From NCBI GenBank assembly GCA_032718475.1, contig JAUCBJ010005359.1:1-64000 (forward strand): a DNA stretch of 64,000 bases, in the 5' to 3' direction. A model generated the notes under the pieces. That model did no database searches and was not told the DNA's origin. It saw nothing but the letters and a program-made list of their open reading frames with translations. Shown here one piece after another: positions 13,401-25,400 of this stretch. The position numbers were made by a program, and so were the translations under genes. Each line of letters opens with the position of its first letter. Position 1 is the stretch's first letter. This stretch comes from Nemertoderma westbladi. Taxonomy: Eukaryota; Animalia; Xenacoelomorpha.

Positions 13401-16400
13401 ACCTCGACACATAGAAGGGAGACTGGGGGCAATGGAAGGGGAGATTGATATGGGAGGGGGGAAATTGGACCTCGTCACATAGAAGTGAGACTGGGAGCAA
13501 TGGAAGGGGATGGAAGGAAAACCTTGGACTATTGAACATATTCACCTAAGAACTACACAGATACCGGTATATAAAAGGGTTATCAAACCTTGATAGCAAT
13601 GTTCCTACCGCCCTTGGGATGGTTAGCGAAGTTAACAGATAGTGGGTAGACGTAGAGGATGTTTATATATTCCGTAAATGGGGTGTATATCGGTTGTGGT
13701 GGAAACTCAAGAACCTCCTTGGTGGGTCTACTCCTGGAAAACAATTATTTTTGATTAAATAATAAGAATAATGTTACAAAAGTACGTTGCATACAGTATT
13801 GCAGTGCAAGAAGATTACTAAAGCAATCAGAGTGCATTACAGCCTAGAGATAGTGATGTGAGATTGAGTAGAAGTAAATGAAAGATGTTTTGTTTTTTAG
13901 GATAAATAGATTACCTGGGATCTGGGTATGGGTGTATTGCCTGCATGTCTGGGGTGAGACAATGAGCCATATTTTCAGGCGCCGAGCTAATGTCTAGTTT
14001 AAGACATCCTCCCAAATTCTTTAACCGCTTTAGCAATGAACTCGGTCTCTTTAAATCTTGTAAAAACTTAAACAAATCATCTTCAGTGAGTCTGTCCTCT
14101 GCAGCAAATCAACAGATATAATAATAATATTATTACAGTAGTTAACATACCGGTATATTATCTCAATTAAGTCATATAGATCGTAATAACTATATTTACA
14201 TACTTGTGTGTAAAGAGTAGCACTTTACAGTGTGATGATCCGAGTGGCTTTGTTACACGAACGAACGTTAGTGAGTGAGTGAAAATAAAGCCACGAGGAT
14301 CAGAACACTGTAAAGTACTTTGCAACAAGTATGTATGTAGTTTTATTCCAAAATTTTAACATTACGAAATGATTGTACATATACATTATAAGTGATAGAA
14401 ACTGCACAAATTATATTAGTTGCTGTATAAAAAAATGTAAAAATGACATAAATTATGTTATAAATAAGTTAGCTTATATTTATGGTGGCGTTTGGAGCCA
14501 TGTTATAATAATATAGCTAGGCCCGACTGGTTATTAATAGCTATACCCCGCCTACCGGTAGGTAAGGTAATGCAGTAGGCCATCTGGCTGTCAGGCAAAT
14601 TTCCACCTATTGTTTACATGGTATCCAATGACGGCGTTAAGTAATGTCCCCTTAGTGGACATTACTTAACGCCGTCATGGGTTACCACGTAAACAATAAC
14701 ACCAAACTCCCAAACACCCGCTGTTAATACTAACGGCGTTGAGTAAAGTTACAATTTTGGAATAAAATTTACATAAAATGAGACATTGACATAACTGACT
14801 ACTACAGTGTAACTCTTACAGAGGCAATTAATAGTTTTAATGAAAACGAAACTAAACAACAAACCTTCTTGTTTAAAGAAACTGGACACTGTAATAGTTA
14901 GTGGTCGGAAGTTAGCTAAGGCTGACATATCGTCATCGAGTGAGGTCGAAGTGGAAGACGAAAAGAGAAAGGAATTCCTGCGTTCCGAACCAGACCTTCT
15001 GAGGGATTCAAAGGAAGTTGTTGACGGAGGTCGTCGCAAGGTGGCGTACGTTGAAATATCCCTAGGGAATTGTCGGGTATACACTTGATGTTATTGTTAT
15101 TTGATTCGTTCAAAACAATAAGACACATGTGGAACTTAACAAATAGCTAATAGAATTCATTCACTTTCGCTTATGGAACTGGCGTAAGATAAATACGATT
15201 GCTTTCAATGGGAATATTGGGTGGGAATATTAATTCATTCTGTAAATGATTAAATAAAAGAAAGGATCAGGATACCTTGGGGTTTCCCAACCCAAATTAT
15301 TAACTATAAACTAACAAAGTTATAGAGTTAGTCAAAGTTATAGTCCCCCCCTCCTCCTTCCACACACACAAAATATATTGTTTCCACAGATCATAAAGAG
15401 ATTGAAACAGATAGTTTGACCTCCCGACCACTTAGTGGATGAGGAATTTTTATTATCGCTTTAATTCTTTAGCTACATGCTTAAAAAAAAGTGTATCCGT
15501 CGAAACTGCACCAGCTCCACTGCAGCAGTTACACTAAAGTAATCCTACATATACCTGTTTTGTTCCGAAGTCAACTTTCTTGATATTTTAGACATCGTTG
15601 ATGACGTCACGGGAATTCCCGAATCCAAGGAACAGTTGCTGGGCCTTCGGGGGAAGTCTGCGAAAGGTCGTTGAACTTTCCCAGAAACATCCATAGACGA
15701 TGAGGAGGCCAGGGAGGAGACATCCGTGAGAGAAGAACTCGAATCTGAACCTGCAGAAAGTGTATAAAGTAAACCCACGGCCCGGGACGGGAACGGGAAC
15801 GGGAACGGGACCGGGACCGGTACTTTAATTTTATTGCAGCCATATCCATCCAAGAGTAAAAAATTAAGCTATTTAGATTACGGTATATTAGTTTGATTAC
15901 CTTTGGCTAAAGATAACTAGAAACTATCACAAAAAAATATCCTATTTACTATGTATGTAGGAACACTCATCTATTTGTTCGATTGTGTCCGCCCTATTTA
16001 CTATGTATGTAGTAACACTCACCTATTTGTTCGATTGCGTCCGCCCTATTTACGATGTTCATTAGGTGTATGGCTGTCCACGCGAATGGCATACAATATG
16101 CTCCAAGTTTGTCGCAGAAATACCTTGCGGTACTCCGCAATTTATCTTTGTGTTTTTGACTCTCTGATTCTTTACCGTAAGGTTCAGCTATCTGAACGAT
16201 AAATAATATTCGTTTAGTGCACTGCTACTATTAGCCACGTATAAGGATTAGATGGGAAAAGAATAGCAAATTTGAAAATATAAATGTTTTATAAACATGG
16301 GAGCGAAAGGCGGTCTTTCCTTTACTACGCTGTGCTAATACTAACTGTATTATTTGCTATCGTATTTGTTCTTTATGTAAAAAGCGCTATATGTTATAAA

Positions 16401-19400
16401 CATTTTATGGTGCATTTAAAACATTTTACTTATTTTTAATGAGTAATTATTATGTGAATGTTTGTGAAGGTGAGTGTATTGTGTTGTAATGATTTTAGTA
16501 AAGTGTTACCGATGTGTAACACAAACAAAAACAATAATAATTACCTCCGAAATATCGCCTTGCCATAAAACCTTTTCGAGTTTAACGACCAAATAAATGT
16601 CGTTGCTAGGGTATGTAATGGTAAACAAAGCAGATCGCGACTGCGTGGATAGGTCTGAGTAAGGAACGTGGTTCTTCAGCAAATCCCTCATTTCGTCGCT
16701 GTTTAGATCGAAGTGAAAATCCTCTGATATCTTCTTGCGTTCTCTGGCGTCGTAAAGGGCCATAATACCTGGAAAATTAAAAAAAACTTTGTAAGAGGCT
16801 GTGTGGCAAGTTTGGGTTAATGACAGGGTGCGTCCAACGATTTTTAAATAATAATTTTCTGGGTTTTCAAGGTTACTAAGTTTTCCCGGTTTAAGTAGTT
16901 CAAAATGATACATCAAGATGTAAACAGGTCTCGGAAATCATACTTAGATTGTAATAGTAATTTACGTCATCACAGTCCCATTATTAGGCAAAGGGATTTG
17001 TATAATAGGCACATCAACCAATTAAGGCTATTAGTGACCGCACAATTTATTGCACAAGTAACTATAAGGAAATAATAAACACAAAGAATATCTACTAATA
17101 TAAAAAATAAATGTTAGGTTTGAAAAATAAACTGACGAAAGCACATACTGTATAATTCCCACAAAAATAATTGATATGAATATTATATGGAACGACATTG
17201 CATAATGTTCTCCCTAACGCGAAAAGCCTCGTTAAGGTAACGACCTAACTTTAGTAGTTTTTCCCTGGTAGTTGCCCCCATTAGCTCATGGTATTTCAAT
17301 ATAGTAGGATTCACATTGTAGCGCCCAGAGAAGTGCTTCATGCGCAGATCTCGATAACCATCACACACACCAAAAAAAAAATGATATTCATCCTCTATAT
17401 CATTTTTATTACAAACCGGGCAGATTCTCGATTCTCTGTGTATTTTATACCACCGGCCGCTCTCGATCAGAAGTGCATGTGACGAGCACCTGAACCTGGA
17501 AATCAACCTACTAAGACCTGCGTGACCTCTCAACATAGATAGGTTATTCTCCAAACTGAAATCCCTCTTGCTATAGAGCATACCCTTCGGCGACCGCTCG
17601 ATGGCACCCCACCAACCCTGTGCGAACTGTGCACATAGTCGTTCACGAACATTTAGAATGAATTTCCTCTCATTTAATATGTCCCCGGGTCTTTCCCACG
17701 CCCAAGTAAATCCCAGATTATTTAGTAAATTACGCACCGAGATAGCCCAATTTCCACCATCCCCTGTTCTACCAGTATTTAGTTCATTCAATTGCAAAAT
17801 ATAGGCCTGTTTAACTAATCTAGTGTCATTGCACCTTAGTAACTTTAACCAATACTTTATAATCCTACAGTATCTTTCAATTTCTAGCGGAAAAATGCCA
17901 GATTCACCGTAAACCATGAAGTTTGGGGTTGTTACCTTCATTAGGACGTAGATTATTAGGGTATCAAAGCACTTTAGAATGATAAAGTTACATTATTGTA
18001 ACATCGCAGTGACGGCATGGCATGGCGGCGTGAAATCGCTATACTGGCCAATCACAGAGCTTAAGTTTTGGTTACAGTGCTGTCACTGTAGAACGCGATG
18101 AGAGTGACAGCGCTGTTAACTGTAGAACGCGAAGAAAGTGACAGTGTGAGTGACAGCGTGTGATTGACAGCGCTGTCACTGTGTGCGTTCAAAATGCGAC
18201 GTAAAACCGTAGTCACGAAAACTGTAGTTTACAACTTTTCTCAATCAAATTTGTTCTAAGTGAAAAATGATAAAGTCCGACCATTAAAAATAGTGACAAA
18301 AAGCGCTGCTAGAAGATTTATCACTCCAAGCTATGAGAATGAAATATACCATGTTAATCTAGTTATCCTTCATCATCCTTTATATTATTTCTGCAATGTA
18401 TATACCGGTAGGTTTTATTTTAATACATATAAATATGCGATCGCTGGTGTTTTTTAACATTTTTGCTATTCCTTCCAATCCATGCAATTTTGATATTTTA
18501 AGCAGTCCAGGCAATGAACATATGGATAAATAATTAATGAAAATAATTTTTAAATTTTTTATTGACACCCTCTAGCGGACACCACAAAAAATAACTTTTT
18601 TTAAAAACTTACAACTCTTCAAGAATGTCAATTGCCAACTAACCACGATGTTTTCTCTCGCCAGCCTGCTGTCATATATACGATCACGTACAGGCTGAAC
18701 AGTTCTACGGCGACAGTGGCTAGCAATACTCATTGGTTGTGCATGCTGGGTTGCGCAGGATTTTGAAAAATAAACAATGGGGTCGTATATACAATGTTTA
18801 ACTGCTTATATGAGAGTATTGGAGTCACATGATATTAACCCAGTTATCAACGACTAACCCACAACGTGATGCCATAAAGTAAAAAGCAACACAGGATTTA
18901 ATGCTGTCCGAAATAACTTGACCTGCAGTGAGGTGTGATACCGGGAGATTTCCATACCAATGACAATTAACATTAGGCAGTATATGCCTCAGCTCAGCCT
19001 AACCCTTTCTGTTAAATAATATGATGACATGTTGTATTCAACAACTAACAATAATTGAGACTACCAATAACTGGAAATACTAAGCATTATTGAAATGAAT
19101 GTATAAAAAGTTGTTGTTCAATGGAAAAATACCCAAGAATTAATTAATTCGTTCTTAAACTTATAATGTAAATCATATTGTATATTAATGTCGCTTCAAG
19201 AACCAAAGTCCCTGAATTCCATTCCAGATAAAAACAAACCTAACCACTTGAGATCTAACCGCCATAAACTATAAACTATTAGGCCTCTGCATTTCATGTA
19301 AATGATGTTTATTAATGCTGTGCGAGGCCCACCGATCTGTATAATTGTAAGGAGATCCGAACGAATTCAGTCGTTCAACTACGGAATAGGAATAAATTTG

Positions 19401-22400
19401 TCGTGAAAGTGAAACTAACGAAATACCGCAGCCTTCCAATAACGTTGGGGCATTTAGGTCGTTAAAATACTAAGATAACTATATATATATTTTAATAATA
19501 ATCAATACTGCAATGCAATAATAAAGTTTAATTACATGGAATCATACAAATAATAAATAATTGAATAGTAGCCAACCAGTCTGCAAATAGTTGAGAAGTC
19601 CATAGATAGCCTGTACCCGATTCACGGTACAGCCTCTCTAAGCTTATTTATAAAACGCACCAGTTAGATAGAAATTCATAAATATGATTCAATGAGAACA
19701 TACTGATATATATCCAGATATCTTCCTCTGTGCAGTGATGAATGCAATATGTAAAGTCCGAGCACATCTACGGATTATCGATCAGTTTGAGGTCCGGCGA
19801 CTTGTTCCAATGGGTCCCTTAAGAAGTCGGCCAGCGCAGTTGCCTTGGCTTTGAGCATTCCGAAGCCGACGTTACTCTTGGCGTACATACAGAGAAGGAG
19901 GTTGGCCACCTTGGTGATGGCCACCTTACCATCCTCGCAGTCAATCAGCACTATCTGCAGACTGGTCTCCGCTTTAGGGTCGTCTTGGTCACTGAACGCG
20001 TGTCTCCCGGACCGCAGATACGCCGCCCATATATTACTAGCTAAGGCAGACGTAACCCTCGCGTCCTTGTCGCCATAACCCGAGAACGCAAGTAACGCAC
20101 CTTCGCTGTTCAGTAACAAGGTGCTCTGTACGCCGCCAGTGTTCGCTTCGCTTAGAACCTGGGTCAGCGCTTTGGGCTTTAACATTCTCATCGCGGCTAT
20201 AACAGTTTGTAATTCGTTGGTACCGCTAAGGTTATCGGTATAAAAAAAATTATATTATAACTGGAAACAAACGATGAAACGCGCATTAATTAATTAATAA
20301 ATAAGTCTGATGTAGGCCTAATACCAGAATACTGTACTGCTATACTGTAACGCAGTGCACTCAGGTACAGTGTGAAGTGAAGTAAGCTAGCTGTTGTGTT
20401 GTGGGAATTGAGCTGTAGTAGGCCTACTTCTAAAAGTTGCGGTTTTTATTAAAGCTAATACCGGTACAGGTACCTGGCAGCCTGGGTACAGTAATAAACA
20501 ATACCGGTAGTTAAAGGATACCGGTACCTGTACCGGTACCGTAGTCATATACGATTCAATGATTACCGTGGTTAAATGATAGAATCCTTAGACATCGTAA
20601 GTAACTTCTGGGCCAGGGATGACCAACACAGGAATACAGCAATACCTGAATACGGCTCATGGTTAAAATCCCTCAGGATTGCAGCATGCCTTGTTCTATT
20701 GAATTAATGTAATGTTGTGTAAGTTTTATTAATAGTTTGTCCCTTGAGGTTGAGGCTGTGAGGGTTTCCGTGTTAAGAACTCAACTTAAGAGTATGTAGT
20801 ATTTTAGAGCTCTAGATAATTACCATGTTGTTTGTCAGTTGTGGTATATTTGACTTGGTACCGGTAGCGATGGGAGTGTAAAATCAAAACTGAAAGAAGA
20901 CAATTTGTCAATGTTAAATTGACAAGTTTATATAGCATATGGTAGCGCGGCGCCTACTTTCTGTCTTTATATAAAGTATAAAAGAACCGGCTGCAGGGCT
21001 GACCGGTAGGCATTGTATGGTTGGTAATTATTACTTATTAGGTATAACATCTGCCTTTAGTATAACTTGCTGAGACAGAATATGGTTTGGGTTTTCCAAA
21101 ACATTATTTATTTATATATTTCTTGTTTCTATAGGGCCTAACGTTCTGACGTAATAGATTACTGGATGGCCTAGGCCTATATTTTTGGTGCTACAGATAC
21201 CTTTAGGGGTTTAGCCTTTGCTTTACATAAAACCGTAACGAAACTAGGCTGTATGGATGTAATTAATGGTATTGATATAGTGAAACTCCATGGAAATATT
21301 TCCACCAATGAAGACTTCATGTTCCTTGTCACACAGTTTATACTAGAAGAAAGAGGGGAATTAGGACCTGCTGGAAATAACTTGGTCGATGAAATAACCT
21401 CCGATAACATAACAACTGGTCCTAACTACCAAATAGTAACCGCAATATTAAACGATAAACCAGTAGGATTTATATCCTACTACTGGATGTTTAGCACTTT
21501 CGAGGCCCGTCCTGGTTTACATGTCGACGCCGTATTTGTAACTCCGAAATTGCGCCGACGAGGTTTAGCTACTCGCCTATACGAATTCGCCCAAAAGGAA
21601 GCTGTTTCTTTGGGCTGTATTCGACTAGAAACATGCGCTAAACCTTCCTCTTTCACGAAGCACTTTGAGTCAACTCTCTCGAACGTAACGCTAATTCATG
21701 ACTGGCATTGTTTAATTCTCAGTGGCGATCCCTTTCTCAGATTGGCGTCTGAATCTCAACTCTCACAACCAGGGTTCCGTATTCGAGAAGCCGTCTCTCA
21801 GGACGTACAAGCTATTGGGACCTTTATTATAGAACTGTCGGAATATGAACAGATGCGCGATAAATGTTTGGTAACGGAGGACCTTTTACGAAGGTTCGGG
21901 TTTGGTTTAGAGCCTCCAGTATTCAGTTGTTTGATGGTGGAAGTCGATGATTCTGTGTTCAACGAGCTAGGTTCCGGCCTTACTGACGTTACCGGTAGAT
22001 GCGACACAGGTTGGCTTGGCATACGATAGGCCATGCTTTGTACTACCACGGTTACTGTTTACCGTACGGTCGGTTAGTGTACGTAGAGGACTTGTACATT
22101 CGAATGCCGTTCCGTAAACGCGGTTACGGTTTGGCTCTTATGTCCGCCGTGGCTGCGGCTGGTAGGACCGAAGGGGCAGTCTGCTTCGGTTGGATATGTC
22201 TGGGATGGAACCAAACCGCAATGGAGTTCTACGACCGATTAGGAGCTGTTGACATCACCAAGGAACACGGGATCGCTTATCATAAAATCGAGGGGGATAA
22301 TTGGTCCGATTTAACTTCTAATAAATTTGTTAAGAAAGATTGATTAATTAAATTCAAATGTGATCTAATCTAACTATAATGAAGTGATGGAGGCGCGGCA

Positions 22401-25400
22401 GGGGTATGCGTGCGGTACGACTGGGACCTTTCTGCAGTATAACTGTAAGCCTCCATCCAACAGCTACAATCATAACTTCCCATCAGAAGCCATAATTATT
22501 GGCTTCCGTCGGGCATTATGGCTTCCGATCGGTCGCTGATGGCTCACATTTTTGACGGTCACACATTTTTACCCCCCCCCCCCCCCCCCCCCCTCCCACA
22601 TGCCCACCCATAGCTGTGTGTGAGCGTAGCTTGCTAGTACAGTTATGTTGTAGTAAAAATATATTAATAAATTTATTAATAATGTATATCTGTACTATTA
22701 TACTGTAATGATGTATATAACAAATAATAATTGTAGATTCAGTTTCTACTAAATATACAATCACCAAGTTAAATGTATATCTTTATTGAAGAAATTCCCC
22801 CAATATTGTGTAAGAAAAGTAACTACCACGTGACCTGTGCTTTAGCATATCATTCCGACTGATAGGTCAGGGAGTGTGTTATTCTCGTAAGTATGGTTCA
22901 TAGACTGTACATTACATCTCTCAGTAATAATTATATTTTATGTAGTATCAGTTTCATTTAGGGGTTAATTAACATTAAATTCGTTTACAATGGATAAATT
23001 ACCCGAGTTCCACCTTCCTGACAAGCCACTTCTGCAACAATTAGTGCACGAAGAGTTACTTCCTTTCATACTGAACAAGTCGGCGGTTCTCGCGGTAATG
23101 GATGTGTTTAAAAAGGAAATGGCCGATAATCTAGCCAGAACTCAAACCGGACATAAAAACACCAGTGGATTGAAAATGGGCAACACCTATCTAACTGAAT
23201 TTCTCGACGGCACAGAGAATGGGGGATTCATGGGCCTGGATCTTGGCGGAACAAACTTCCGCGTGACTTATATTGAGTTGGCCGATCGGAGAGTTGTTAG
23301 GGAGTTGTTGCATAAAGACACAGTACCGGAAGCGGCGATGTGTGGGACCGTGGATGAGTTGATGGACTACATCGCAGGGAGTATAAACAGGTTTATAGAT
23401 AAGGAGAGTTTGTTTAAGGAATCCCGCATTCCGCTTGGTTTTACATTTAGCCTTCCAACCGTGCAACAGGCACTGGATAGCGCCACACTTATAGTCTGGA
23501 CGAAAAACTTCCGAATAACCAACGGATTAGGCGAGGAAATGGTCGCGAAGTTTCGAAGCTCCATAACCAGACGTCAGTTGCAACATAAAGTCGATGTGGT
23601 CGCCATTCTCAATGATACAACGGGAACACTGGTCGCTGGAAACTACAAGAATCAAAGATGTAAGGTAGGCGTCATAATAGCTACCGGAAGTAACGCTTGC
23701 TACATGGAGAACGCAACCGGAAGTAACGCCAACAATACCGGAAGTAGCGTTATTGAGACCGACTGGGGAGCCGTGGCGGACAACGGGTGTATAGATTGGT
23801 TGCTAACCGGCATCGATAGGGATTTAGACAGGGATTCTAATCATCCCGACTCATTCCGGTTCGAGAAACTATTCAGTGGATTCTACCAGGGGGAGATAGT
23901 TCGTAAGATACTAGTGGACCTATCGCGTAAAGGGGTCCCTTTACTACCGGAAGTTGTCAGTCGCTACGATCATCCTTACTCATTGACAACTAAAACTGTA
24001 GCGGCTGTATGCGAGGGGACTCGACACTCAGAGGTCATTGACCTAAGACAATGTGACGAGGTCACTGACCTCGTACTCAGACGTATCTGCGAAGTTGTAA
24101 CACACCGGGGCGCTATCCTAGTTGCTGCGGCAACGGCGGCCCTATTGGCCCGCATTGGCCATCCAACTGTTATCGCAGTTGATGGTTCGTTGTATGACCA
24201 CCACGCAATCTTTCGTCGCTGTCTCCATGGCTACTTGGGGGCGTTGAGTCCGATTGAGGCAGAGTTTATCTCGGTACCAGACGGGTCCGTATTGGGGGCG
24301 GCTTTAGTGGCGGCCATAGCCCAGAGACAGACACGCAACGCTCTCTAAATCAATCAATCAATAGCAATTATGATTAATATTACTAATTAATTTAATGGTT
24401 TTATAATTAATTTATTTTAGATTATTTTCGTGGTTGTGGGTGTTTCATTACTGAATGCTATGCATAAACCAGTATCGGGCAATCAGAAGGGATATTTTAT
24501 ATTATTATTTTCAAGATACAAATTGACAACATTGAAATTGAAAATCGAGGACATAATAGTATAGTATGATAAATGAAATAATACATTTTATTAACTTTTC
24601 TTAGAACTAGGAAAAAGTATAATTAAATAAATAAGTAAATTTTAAAAAATCAAAAAAATTAAGGCAACATTTACAAGAACTCATCCTTCGATGACGATCC
24701 CCATGTATTTTCCCACGACGTTCTTGTGATATACCTGGAAAATCGAGATGAACAACACTGCGAGGAATACGTAAATGGAGCTGCGTTCACATCTTCATAA
24801 TTTCATCCGAATGGGAGGACTTCAAGATAGATCATGTCTCCATTACTATTCATAATCGTATTGGATTACGCCATGAGGACAGCCACAACAGGTGAAGGTA
24901 TTGTGTTCACACTACAAGAACGCAGGAGTAGTAGATATACGGCAACTACAGTCACAGACACCGACTTTGAGGATGACATCGCCCTGCTCTCTAATACGCT
25001 AGCAGATGCACAGCTTCTACTAAATAAAGTGGAGAGGGCTGCTAAGTAGGTTGGATTGCATATAAATGCTACCAAGACCGAATTACACTTTTCCATAGTA
25101 ATTACTTTTTCATGTTAATGGAATCCTGACAACCATCGACAATGATAAGAGGATTGGCGACTTCCTTTCCATTGGGAAATGAGAGAACTGCAGAACAGAC
25201 AGAAATTAAGAAAGCAAGGTATGAGTAGCTTTCAATTCATTCATTGTGTATTCACATTAGACCTGAAGAAAGCCTCGAACGAAGTAAGGCAGAAATCTCG
25301 TCAATGAACTACGTTTTGTTTGTGGGAAGTTGACCTTCAAGTTTTACTAGATCGCCTACTTACTATCATATATAGTCAGATGTAAATATAAAGTTATCTG

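Noticed and set aside
24680-24790. Possible minus-strand exon ([32 protein letters not shown])
   Set aside because: No recognisable family or start, and it is not needed for DOCK continuity.
25255-25310. Hammerhead-like CTGAAGA..GCCT/AGGC..GAAA motif
   Set aside because: Extra bases in the core and no convincing stems I/III; at most a decayed Penelope-type remnant.
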